This document shows, in pieces, positions 13,900 through 25,404 of a stretch of 45,919 nt of DNA (positions are counted from its first letter, which is position 1; every line of letters begins with the position of its first letter). This DNA is from Octopus bimaculoides. Its lineage: Eukaryota. The DNA lies in contig NC_068993.1 in assembly GCF_001194135.2 (NCBI RefSeq), forward strand, positions 58,856,214-58,902,132. The letters run 5' to 3'. Position numbers and translations under genes: made by a program. The notes under the pieces were generated by a model. The model was not told the DNA's origin. It did no database searches and saw only the letters and a program-made list of their open reading frames with translations.

Positions 13900-14170
13900 T
13901 GCGACTCATATACATTTAATTACATACTCTTACAAGCTGGATAGCTTGATGAGTTGTATATACTTTGATAGTTATTTACTCTTACAGCCTATATACCCTT
14001 ACAGGTTACACATGCTTAATTTTACATGCTTACGATCTCTATACTCTTGCAAACCACGTTGCCCTTATGTCTTGTTATATCCTTACAAGTCATATTCTCT
14101 TACAAGTTGTGTAGTCTTTCGTTGCATACCCTTACAAGTTGTAAACCTTTATAAATTGTTCATCCTTGTA
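13900..14170. repeat. Degenerate CTTACA-core minisatellite upstream of the FAT acceptor
   Basis: CTTACA at 13929, 13981, 13998, 14082, 14099 and 14131, plus variants. Confidence 0.65.
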
Positions 14171-14288
14171 AAAATTGTGGCCTTGTGCCAATTTAATTAA
14201 TCATTATTAACTTAGAATTAAATTGTTGTCGTTGTTGTTGTTGTTTATTGGCACGATTTCACATTTTCTTTACTGATTTATTAATTAA

Positions 14289-14310
14289 TTATTATTTCTT
14301 CTACTTTCAG
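14289..14310 (+). promoter_or_regulatory. 3' splice acceptor of the giant FAT exon (exon starts at 14311, 14 nt before the ATG)
   Basis: Pyrimidine tract TTTCTTCTACTTTCAG ending in AG at 14309-14310. In-frame TAA at 14286-14288 lies upstream. Confidence 0.85.
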
Positions 14311-14324
14311 TTCAAGCCGATACA

Positions 14325-17300
14325 ATGATGCTTTCTGGCATCACCTTTCTTTGGAAGTGGTTAGTCTGGTTGTTCACTCTACACATCAGCTGCAGCTTAG
14401 CACAAACAACAATATCAATACAGCCACCTTTCCAATTCACACAGCCAAGCTACAATGCCAGCATTCCCGAAAACTCGGTGGGGAAAATCTATGTCCAATC
14501 AACGCGGAAAATGGGAATATCCGTCCGCGATTCCTCGCTGGAAGTTTCCTTCTCGATAATAAAACGAGACGATGATAGTATTTTTAAATTAGAAGAACTG
14601 TTCATTGAAGATTTTTGGTTTCTTCGGATACGAACTAACACAGGAATTCTCCCCGGCAAGCTAAATCGGGAGCTTCATGATCATTATACCCTATACATCA
14701 AAGCCGTGGCACAGAACCTGGGAGGCCTTATATTCGAGGCCGATGCTATTGTATATATATCTGTCCTTGATAGGAATGACTTAATGCCTATATTTTATAA
14801 TCCTCGATACAATATAACGCTTACTGAAGACACAGCAGTGCACAAACGCATAACGCAGGTGAGTGCATCCGATGCAGATATAGGAATAAATGCTGAAATC
14901 TATTACAGTTTTGTTGAAGCCACCAATACATTCGCTATCCATCCCACAACTGGAGTCATTACACTCACACGCCCATTAAATTATCAGGACCGAAGTGAAT
15001 ATGAACTTGAAATCCTTGCCAGTGATCGTGGGCACAAAATCAGTCATAGCCAGAGTATATCACGAGGTCGTGCTAAATTGTTCGTCACAGTTCAACAAGT
15101 CAACCTATATCCCCCAGAATTCTCAGTTGAAAATTTACCATCTTTGGTGGAACATGGCAACATCGGAACTGTTTATGCCATTGTTCGTATCGAAGATCAG
15201 GACACTGGTAATAATGGCAAGTTAAATATGCCACAGATCATCGATGGGGATCCCAATGGTTATTTCATGTTGAAAGCCGGTAAATCTCGAGAAGAGTTCC
15301 TCATTATAGTCCAAGAAAACCTTGACCGAGAAGACAGCCCTGATGGTTTTAATTTAACCCTTTATGTTTCTGATCAAGGAACACCCAGTCTAAATTCTAC
15401 AACAGTAGTCCCAGTGGACCTTCAAGACATGAATGACAATTCTCCAGTTTTCAGTCAAGCCATTTACCAGGCCAGTATTGATGAGACGGCATTGGTCAAT
15501 TCTCCTGTGATATTTATTAAGGCTGGAGATGCTGATGCTGGCAAAAATGCCAAAGTTCATTACACCATAACTGGCGGCAACGTAGATGGATATTTCCAGA
15601 TAGATCCTATATCTGGACTGATCACTACGGCATCAGTGTTGGATGCAGAGACTGTATCTGATGTGGAACTTGAAGTGTGCGCTGAGGACGAAGCAAACTC
15701 TGGGGCCAGGAAAAGCGGTGCTGCAATAGTGCACATAGATATCAAGGATTGTAACGACAACACCCCAGTGTTTAACAGCACAGGTGATATCTTTTATGTG
15801 GATGAAAACTCTCCAATTAGTAGTGTTGTCGGCCAAGTGACCGCTACAGATATTGACAAAGACGAAAATGGCTATTTCAGTTTGACCATTGCTAATATCA
15901 ACACGGTACCATTTGAAATTGAACCGTTTGCAGGGCATTTGAAGTTGACCCAAGTTCTTGATTATGAATCCATGAAGGACTCCTACATCCTCAAGATCCG
16001 TGCTTCCGACTGGGGCAGTCCATTTCGCCGAGAAGCAGAAACACAAGTTACAGTTAAGATCCGCGATGTGAATGACAACAAGCCCCGGTTTGAGAGTCTG
16101 TCGTGCATGGTTTATGTGTCATCCGACATCGAGAACGACACTGCTCTGTTGGTTGTTTCAGCCATTGACTTAGATATTACAAGTATTGTTAGTTACAGCA
16201 TTGATAAAGGGAACGAAAAGAACTACTTCTCCATTCACACAGAACGGGGCGATATATTTTTGAGTGTTCCGACAACTGAGTTGCTTGAGAGTAAATTCAC
16301 GCTGGCCATTGGTGCAACGGACGGCATCCATGCTGCTGACCCTATGGAAATGACCGTTGTTATTGTAAATAAAGAGGAAGCTGATAGACAACTCTTAGAC
16401 AACTCAGTGTCATACAGTTGCCAAAAATCTAATGCCACCAAAGTTCTTGAGAAAATGCTTTTAAAGAAGCAGAAGGATAGTGAAAATAACCAAGATTTAA
16501 TGGCTGAAATGCCAGACGAATATCGGTACAACATCAACCCTCCAGAGTTTGCTTTTGATATGCCAACTAATATTACCATCAGGGAAGATAAACCTGTCAC
16601 TTTCAGCATCTTAGAAATTCCTGTTTCTGACAGTGACCCTGGCTATAATGGTAAACTTACTTATGTTTTATCAAAGGGAAATGAGCAAGGCAAGTTTTCC
16701 ATTAGTAACGAAGGAAAATTGTACATATTATCTGAGTTAGACCGAGAGAAGAAGGATAACTATGAATTGGTCATCACAGCTGCTGACCTTGGCAAACCAA
16801 GCAAAACGGCTTCAAGGAATATCACTGTGACTGTCTTGGATGTCAATGATTGCTCACCAGTTTTTGAAAGGAACCATTACGCTGTCAATGTATCAGAGAA
16901 CATAAATCTCAATGCCACCATCACACAGGTTTATGCCACTGATGACGACACGGGGCAAAATGCTGAGATTCGATATACCATCATATCAGACACTGACGAG
17001 TTCAAAGTCGACAACCACTCCGGAATTATCCGGGTGAATGCATTGCTGGATCGAGAAAGACAAGAGGTTTATAATGTTTTAGTCCAAGCCAGTGACAAGG
17101 GATCAGAAATTTCCCTTTCATCAACAACGACCGTCACTATACATGTAACAGATATAAATGACAACTTACCGAAATTCTCTCCAGAGATTTACGACATCAA
17201 GATCCGAGAAGACTTGCCAATTGGTGCTGTGGTAACCACGCTGACGGCCTACGATCCAGATCTTGGGTCTGGCGGGGAAGTAACTTACAGCCTAATTTAT

Positions 17301-17661
17301 GGCACAGATGGTAAATTTGAAATTGATGAAATTACAGGAACGGTGAGAGTGTCACAGAAATTGGATTTCGAACAGAAACAAGTATACAACATAACAGCCC
17401 AAGCTCAGGATAATGGTGGTTCACCTCTATTGTCATCATGCTTTATCAACATCGAGGTGATTGATGTTAACGAGAATTTGTACCCACCTGTGTTTAGTAG
17501 CTTCGTTGCAATCGGTTACGTTCGTGAAGACGAACCGATTGGCACAGCTTTCATGCAAGTTTCTGCTATAGATGCAGATGCCCCGGAAGATGATCTTACA
17601 CCTATAATGTATTCCATACGAGATGGTTCTGGATTAGGACGTTTTACCATTGACAATAATG
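14325..17661 (+). CDS. FAT1/3-like: First coding exon of a FAT1/FAT3/kugelei-type giant atypical cadherin (signal peptide, 9 cadherin repeats, partial 10th); gene continues beyond the window
   Basis: 1112 stop-free codons plus 1 nt. Hydrophobic N-terminus MMLSGITFLWKWLVWLFTLHISCSLA. Repeated LDRE, A/xDxD and DxNDNxPxF motifs. Segments I recognise as FAT1/3-like: FQFTQPSYNASIPENS, DFWFLRIRT, DVNENLYPPVF, YSIRDGSGLGRF. A at -3 of the ATG. Confidence 0.93.
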
Positions 17662-17667
17662 GTAAGT
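17662..17667 (+). promoter_or_regulatory. 5' splice donor (phase 1) ending the giant FAT exon
   Basis: AAT AAT G|GTAAGT is a consensus donor. Cadherin-like sequence stops here and a pyrimidine-rich low-complexity tract follows. Confidence 0.9.
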
Positions 17668-19480
17668 CTTTCAAATTTTTCTCTTTTTCCTTATCTCTTT
17701 CTTATCCTTTTTTTTCTTTCAGCCTTTCTTTACTTCTATCTCTCCTTCTTTCTTTCTGTCCTTCAAAATTTCCTTTTCTCCTCTAGTCTTTCTGTCTGTC
17801 TGTCTTCCTTACTTTTGTCTTCCAAGTCTTTCTTTGCTCCTTTCTTTTCATTTTCATTTTAACTTCTTTAACATTACAGTGATGTACTTGCATAGCAAGT
17901 GACTTGATCTGAGATCGTGTGCTGAAACAAAAGCAATTGCAGTGTGGAAGGTGTTTANNNNNNNNNNNNNNNNNNNNNNNNNNNNNNNNNNNNNNNNNNN
18001 NNNNNNNNNNNNNNNNNNNNNNNNNNNNNNNNNNNNNNNNNNNNNNNNNNNNNNNNNNNNNNNNNNNNNNNNNNNNNNNNNNNNNNNNNNNNNNNNNNNN
18101 NNNNNNNNNNNNNNNNNNNNNNNNNNNNNNNNNNNNNNNNNNNNNNNNNNNNNNNNNNNNNNNNNNNNNNNNNNNNNNNNNNNNNNNNNNNNNNNNNNNN
18201 NNNNNNNNNNNNNNNNNNNNNNNNNNNNNNNNNNNNNNNNNNNNNNNNNNNNNNNNNNNNNNNNNNNNNNNNNNNNNNNNNNNNNNNNNNNNNNNNNNNN
18301 NNNNNNNNNNNNNNNNNNNNNNNNNNNNNNNNNNNNNNNNNNNNNNNNNNNNNNNNNNNNNNNNNNNNNNNNNNNNNNNNNNNNNNNNNNNNNNNNNNNN
18401 NNNNNNNNNNNNNNNNNNNNNNNNNNNNNNNNNNNNNNNNNNNNNNNNNNNNNNNNNNNNNNNNNNNNNNNNNNNNNNNNNNNNNNNNNNNNNNNNNNNN
18501 NNNNNNNNNNNNNNNNNNNNNNNNNNNNNNNNNNNNNNNNNNNNNNNNNNNNNNNNNNNNNNNNNNNNNNNNNNNNNNNNNNNNNNNNNNNNNNNNNNNN
18601 NNNNNNNNNNNNNNNNNNNNNNNNNNNNNNNNNNNNNNNNNNNNNNNNNNNNNNNNNNNNNNNNNNNNNNNNNNNNNNNNNNNNNNNNATGCATGTGTGT
18701 ATACGTGTGTGTATGTATACATCTATATGTGTCTGTATATACATATGTATATATATAAGTATATGCATATGTCTGTATATGTATATACTCATGTATATGT
18801 GTGTGTCTATGTATGTATATATCCATATATGTAGATATATGTATATGTGCGATATGTATGTGTATATGTGTGTATGTGTTTATGTATACATCTATGTGTG
18901 TCTATATATATCTGTGTGTATCTAAGTATATGCATATGTCTGTATATGTATATACACATATATATATATATATCTGTGTGTGTGTGTGTGTGTGTGTGTG
19001 CATGTGTTTCTGTGTGCGGGTGTGTGTGTGCTTCTGATTGTCGTGGCTGTAGAGTTATGTTATCATAAATCTGTGGAATTGTGTTCCGATCTGTTTCTGC
19101 AGACTTTAACATTCAGTTTCACTAGAAATTGTGTTGCCATTTAAAGTGTAAAAGCTTCCCCAGTTTTTCTAAAGGTTTCTTTCATTTTGTACTGGGTCGT
19201 TATTACGCTGCAGATATGTGGTAGTGGTGGCGGTGGTGATGGTACTGGATGTTGTCGTTGTTGTTGTTGTTGGTGGTGGTGGTGGTGTTGGTGGCGGTAG
19301 TGATAGGATGCTGTTGCGATGGTGATGGCAATGGAGTTGTAGATGGGGATTGTGGTGGTGTTGCTGATAATGGTACATGTTGCGTACTTGAGCACCAAAT
19401 AGAATAATCTCATTATTAACAGTTCTGGGTATGGCCATACTCATATTAGTAATAACTGTAGAATCATCATCATCATCATC

Positions 19481-19509
<29 letters not shown>

Positions 19510-19512
<3 letters not shown>

Positions 19513-19658
19513 TCTGAATTCAAATTCTACCAAGGTCAACTTTGCCTTTCATCCTTTCGGGATCATTGAAATAAGTACCAGTTAAATATTGGGGGTCAAT
19601 GTAATTGACTACACCCCTACTCCCAAATTTCAGACCTTGTGCCTATAGTAGAAAGAAT
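19510..19658 (+). mobile_element. SINE family B, 5'-truncated (trimer unit 1)
   Basis: GTTCTGAATTCAAATTC...TTTGCCTTTCATCCTTTCGG...CCTTGTGCCTATAGTAGAAAG. Confidence 0.85.
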
Positions 19659-19680
19659 TGTTATTATTATTATGATTATT

Positions 19681-19880
19681 AAGATGGCGAGCTGGCAGGA
19701 TCGTTAGCATGGCGGGCAAAATGCTTAGCAGCATTTAGTTTGTCTGTACGTTCTGAGTTCAAATTCCGCCGTGGTCGACTTTGCCTTTCATCCTTTTAAG
19801 TACCAGTTGTGTACTGGGGTCAATCTAATCGACCAGCCCTCTCCCCCAAAATTTCAGGCCATGTACTTATAATAAAAAGG

Positions 19881-19883
<3 letters not shown>
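19681..19883 (+). mobile_element. SINE family B, full length (trimer unit 2)
   Basis: AAGATGGCGAGCTGGCAG head, GAGTTCAAATTCC B-box-like motif, small internal deletion. Confidence 0.9.
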
Positions 19884-19919
<36 letters not shown>

Positions 19920-19921
<2 letters not shown>

Positions 19922-20133
19922 GATGGCGAGCTGGCAGAATCGTTAGCACGAGGGGCAAAATGCTTAGTGGTATTTTGTCTGTCTTTACGTTCTGAGCTCA
20001 AATTCTGCCGAGGTCAGTGTTGCCTTTCATCCATTTGAGGTTGATAAATTAAGTACCAGTTGCATACTGGGGTCGATCTAATCGACTGGCCCCCGCCTCC
20101 CCAAAAATTTTGGGCCTTGTGCCTAGAGTAGAA

Positions 20134-20134
<1 letters not shown>
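19920..20134 (+). mobile_element. SINE family B, full length (trimer unit 3)
   Basis: Colinear with unit 2; flanked by (ATT)n on both sides. Confidence 0.9.
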
Positions 20135-20169
<35 letters not shown>

Positions 20170-20581
20170 GTCCGGTGTACCAAAAATCACTGGAGTGTTA
20201 AAAGCAGTGTTTCATTAAGATTCTCAGTTCAAATGCCACGTACACTGACTTCATCTTTCATTGATGATGGGCCATTGCAATATGTACGAAACCAACAGCT
20301 AACTAGCATTGATAAAATCTAATTACAAGACCACACCCACCACCACTTCTCGCTTCACCACCCACCTTCCCCGCCCACCGCCATGGCTGCTGCTGCTTCT
20401 CTTGNNNNNNNNNNNNNNNNNNNNNNNNNNNNNNNNNNNNNNNNNNNNNNNNNNNNNNNNNNNNNNNNNNNNNNNNNNNNNNNNNNNNNNNNNNNNNNNN
20501 NNNNNNNNNNNNNNNNNNNNNNNNNNNNNNNNNNNNNNNNNNNNNNNNNNNNNNNNNCCTCGCCCAGCACCACCTCATCCA

Positions 20582-20617
<36 letters not shown>

Positions 20618-21616
20618 TCATTCATTCACACACACACCCCTGCACCACCGACATCAATATCACATCCTCCCCCAACTACCACCACCGATACCGCCACTGG
20701 CTCTACCACCACCATTAATATCAACACTATCACCACCACTACTAGCTGTCCCATCACCACCAATGCCACCACCACCACTACCATCTACACCCATGTAAGC
20801 ATCACTGAATCAAGTAGTAGTAGTAGTAGTAGCAGCAGCAGCAGAAGAAGCATTTACATATGCTTTGGTCTATTCAAACATCAATATTGTTATTGTTGTT
20901 AATATTATTACACTGGTAAGTCTAAAACACTATGGTGGTGGTGGTGGTGCTGATGGTATATAATCTCAGTTAGAAGTCTTGGGTATAAGAGAGTAAGAGT
21001 GGACAGCAGGTGATGTTGGCGGTGGTGGTGCTGCTTCCGACGGCAGCGGTGGTGCTTGCGGTTGCCGAGCTTGGAATTAATAGATGGTATTTGCCAAAAA
21101 TGTGTCACTAGTGAGTCAATTCAAAGACACAGTTTTCAGTGACGTGACTAAGAATAATGATAAATGATAGCAATGCTGGCATGTAAATAATGAACAACGG
21201 TAATATACAACCATTCTTAATTCGCTGCTTGAATGAGAATATTGGTTCAAATCCGGAGATTATGAATAAATAATTAGATATCAAAATGTCTACAATGTGT
21301 TGTTGTTAATAAAATTATAATTTTCCGGAGCATTAACAGCATCGTTAGAGAGTATGTTTACACTATTTGTGTTTAGATTAGGTCTCAGCTGGTTTAATAG
21401 TTTCATCTGTAATCTTTGCCTTATTACTTGCATCAGATTACTTTTTCTAGATTTGTACTGTATTTTCCCTCCAGCTTTGCGGTTACCCTAATCTCAATGA
21501 TGCACGAGAAATATGGGTTGAAAATTTTGAGACTAATTATAAACATAGTAAGCTAGTGTATGTAGTTTACATGAAGCATTGTCTGATGGAGATAAATGCT
21601 TTTAAGTTTTCTTTAA

Positions 21617-22426
21617 CACTTTTGTTACCATAGTTCTGTTGACATAAACTACATCATCATCATCATCATTATCATCATTTAATGTCCACCTTCTATGTTA
21701 GCATGGGTTGGACGATTTGACTGAGGACTAGCGAACCAGATGGCTGCACCAGGCTCCAGTCTGATTTGGCAGAGTTTCTACAGCTGAATGCCCTTCCTAA
21801 CGCCAACCACTCCGAGAGTGTAATGGGTGCTTTTACATGCCACCAGCACGATGGCCAGTCAAGCGGTACTGGCAATGGCCATGCTCAAAATGGTGTTTTT
21901 TACATGTTACCTGCACAGGAGCCAGTCCAGCGGCACTGGCAACGATCTCGTTCAAATGTTTTTTTCACGTGCCACCGGCCACAAGTGCCAGTAAGGTGAC
22001 GCTGGTAACGATCACATTCAAATGGTGCTATTTACGTGCCATTGGCACAGAAGCCAGACAGCTGCTTTGGCAACGATCACGCTCGGACGGTGCTCTTAGC
22101 GCTCCACTGGTACAGGTGCCAACACGATTTCGAATTCACTTGCCCCAACAGGTCTTCGCAAGCTGAGTTTAGTCTCCAATGAAGAAGAGGTTGGCATGAG
22201 TGCCAGTCATTGAGTTTAATTCGATTTGGAACTACCTCTGTTCCAATTAATTTTTTAAATAATGAAGGATTTAATTAAGTAACTTTGTCCTTCCTAATTA
22301 AGCTGATGTCTGGAACAAATTAACAAGAAATTTGGATGGTGGGAGATTATAATTTAGATCACTTTAAAACAATGAATCTTGTGTCGTAGAATCAGGAGCA
22401 GTCTCAGATGGTTGGTACCATAAGGA
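21617..22426. mobile_element. piggyBac-type MITE, interrupted by a family C retroposon
   Basis: TTAA at 21613-16 and 22427-30. Ends CACTTTTGTTACCA / TGGTACCATAAGGA. Internal sequence resembles 45328-45522. Confidence 0.7.
21653..22229 (-). mobile_element. Family C retroposon, long copy with internal 65-67-bp tandem units
   Basis: Same tail as other C copies; flanked by AACTAC at 21647-52 and 22230-35 (candidate TSD). Confidence 0.85.
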
Positions 22427-22460
22427 TTAAAGCCAAAACACTGTAAATTGTAAGAAACAA

Positions 22461-22666
22461 TTCTACAACAGGTATAGGACCTGAAAATTTAGAATAAGAG
22501 CCTAGTTGATTACATCGATCCCAGTACTCAACTGTTATTTTGTCAACCTTAACAGAATAAACGACTAAGTCAACCTTGGCAGAATATGTTCTCATAATAT
22601 AAAGGCATGAAATGTCGCTAAGCATTTTGTCTGGTATGATCACAGTTACCTCCAGCTTCTTACCTT
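22461..22666 (-). mobile_element. SINE family B, diverged subfamily
   Basis: ATTACATCGATCCCAGTACTCAACTG ... AAGTCAACCTTGGCAGAAT ... GCTAAGCATTTTG is the reverse complement of the B body and head. Confidence 0.65.
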
Positions 22667-23032
22667 AAATTTAAACAAATAATACAAGTCAATAGTTTGT
22701 ACTTTTACCTTATATTTCAATATTTAGGGATTAAAACAACTTCTTCAAGAAATCTTTTGAGAAAAGGTGTTCTGTAGGGTGTGTATCACATGTTCAGAAC
22801 CTGCCTGCCCTTGGACAGATCTTGAGCATGTGAATGAACCATCTCCAGCACTCTCTCTATATGACCTGGGAGGGCCTCTACTCTCTCTTGCCACCATCAA
22901 GTAGTTTACTGAAACTTTGCCTAATGTGACTAGACTTGAGATGAAGACAAGCAGTTGAGATTTGAACTCAGAATGTAAGCAGCCAAAATCATTATTGTTG
23001 TTGCATCAACAATTCTACCCCTCTCCCACCCA

Positions 23033-23152
23033 CAGAGCAATATGAAATTAAGTGTTTTGCTCAAGAACACAACCCACCACTCGGTTTGGGAATTGAACCC
23101 ACAAACTAACAATTATGAGTTCCATACTCTAACTACTAAGCCATACACTTTC
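23033..23152 (-). mobile_element. SINE family D, tRNA-like head plus core
   Basis: AAGTGTTTTGCTCAAGAACACAAC...GGAATTGAACCC...CTAACTACTAAGCC is the reverse complement of a pol III-type head. Confidence 0.65.
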
Positions 23153-23582
23153 GTAGAGTGTGGAATATGGAATAGAAACATGAAAACAATGTCTTGGCAC
23201 TTTAAAATATTTTAAAATACCAAAATATTTTGTTAATGGTTTAGTGACATATAGATCTTATTGATCATTTTGTAGCCTGCAGTTTTTTTTTCTTTCAGCT
23301 TTAAAGAAACCTGCTGTGCTAAACATAGATGACACTTCTCTCGGCAAAAATATTTTGTTTATGAAAGCTGCAGCATTTAACCTTCAGGTTGAACAGTAAA
23401 TTTTCAAGATTTGTTTTAAGGAAAAGAAAACTAGGATCCTCAGCGTCAAGAGATATGCTATGTTCTTGGCCCCCTTAAGCTGGATTGGAATTAGAAATTT
23501 TATTTCAAAATTGAGAAGAATATTCTTATCTACTAAACGATTAATATGTGTGTGCATATACATACACATGTGTATATTTATA

Positions 23583-23845
23583 GGCGCAGGAGTGGCTGTG
23601 TGGTAAGTAGCTTGCTTACCAACCACATGGTTCCGGGTTCAGTCCCATTGCATGGCACCTTGGGCAAGTGTCTTCTGCTATAGCCTCGGGCCGACCAAAG
23701 CCTTGTGAGTGGATTTGGTAGACGGAAGCTGAAAGAAGCCTGTCGTATATATNNNNNNNNNNNNNNNNNNNNNNNNNNNNNNNNNNNNNNNNNNNNNNNN
23801 NNNNNNNNNNNNNNNNNNNNNNNNNNNNNNNNNNNNNNNNNNNNN

Positions 23846-23916
<71 letters not shown>

Positions 23917-23917
23917 A

Positions 23918-23956
<39 letters not shown>

Positions 23957-24127
23957 GTTTATGTGTCTGTTTTTGTCCCCCCCCAACATCACTTGACAAC
24001 CGATGCTGGTGTGTTTACATCCCTGTAACTTAGCAGTTTGGCAAAAGAGACCAATTGAATAAGTACTAGGCTTACAAAGAATAAGTCCTGGGGTCGATTT
24101 GCTTGACTAAAGGTGGTGCTTCCAGCA
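23583..24127 (+). mobile_element. SINE family A, near full length with internal (TA/TG)n and a gap
   Basis: GGCGCAGGAGTGGCTGTGTGGTAAG head with GGTTCAGTCCC, central microsatellite, 3' part ending AAAGGTGGTGCTTCCAGCA. Confidence 0.9.
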
Positions 24128-25365
24128 ATACTAATGGATAACGTAGTCTTGGGTTTCTTCCACATAGGAGAAAGATGGGATGGCCATGACTGGAATAATT
24201 TTGATCAGAGCTCTGCTGCTAGGTTTCCTCTTACCCAACTCTTCCTCAAAAAGTGCCATTGAGAAGTACCTAGAGTAGAAAAGAATATAATCGACTTACC
24301 CCTCCCCTGAAATTTTTGGATTTGTGCCAAAATTGGAAACCAATTACAAGTACTGGTGTTTCTAGTCCTGCTATGAAATAGAACCCACAATGACCTTTTT
24401 CAGCAGCTTTGGTATGGAGGTCAAACTGATTGGTTTCATTGCTGTTTAATAATTCATCGTAATTCACTCACCTGCTGCAGATTATATTTGCAGAAGGCTA
24501 CTTATTGAAATATAAATAAGTATGCGCCCAGGCACAAACTCATTTGCATAACTGTACGAGTTTGACTGCTGGAAAATAATTACCAGCATACTAATGAAGC
24601 TTCAGTTATGAATAAATAAATGTACAGACTCACTTCCGTGCATATTTCGTCTTTCTAGGAAATAAGTCCCACAAGGACCATTTTGGTGACCTCGGAACTA
24701 GGATCCAAATGGATAATTTCAATCCAGTGTTTTATTTATCCAAGGAGCCATCGCACATCTACGAAACTTCTTGCTATGGCAGATGAAACAATTTCGCTTA
24801 TTTCTTGATTTGCGTAAAAAGAATAGCAAGGATTTCTATGCTAAAAACAGTAAGCAGATTCTGCCTGGTAGACCATCAAAGACAACTGGTTCCATTACCA
24901 TTAAATCTGATCTGAAAATGTGAGGATCAAATTACTATGCTTCGTTTATCTATTATTATACACAAATGAGTTTCATTTCATATCGTTGCTGTATAAATGT
25001 CACATATTGTAAATGAAAGACAACGATAGTACTCTATACACAGTACAGAGTTTGTTCGTGTATTAAAGTTATCTATATGCACGTGTGATGGGGGTGGATG
25101 GTCAGTGGTGTATTTTATAGAAGAGAGTCCACAGCGAACGATGGTAAGAAGTGGACCACAATGGCGAGAGGCAAAGTGTTGTTTGGTTTGTTCTTGTATC
25201 AAGAGAAAAATATTGATTTTCCGTCTTCTAAGCCAAAATGAGATTGCCAAAGTACCAAGGTGAAGTGTGGCTCCTTTGTATAAAAGTAACATATTGATTT
25301 CCTCGTTCCATGGCAAGGAGTTTGGTTCCCATGAACATGACGCACTCACAGACAGACAGTCCAAG

Positions 25366-25404
<39 letters not shown>

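Noticed and set aside
14325-17786. 1153-aa single-exon protein, or a member of the expanded octopus protocadherins
   Set aside because: A consensus donor lies at 17662 and homology ends there. More than seven repeats, no transmembrane segment and FAT1/3-type motifs argue against a protocadherin.
23583-23660. tRNA gene
   Set aside because: It has A/B-box-like motifs but no cloverleaf I could build; it is the head of a multi-copy SINE.
24659-24849. Candidate next FAT exon (TTTCTAG acceptor, GTAAGC donor, DNFNPVF motif)
   Set aside because: Stops occur in all three frames and the expected LDRE-containing continuation of repeat 10 is absent.
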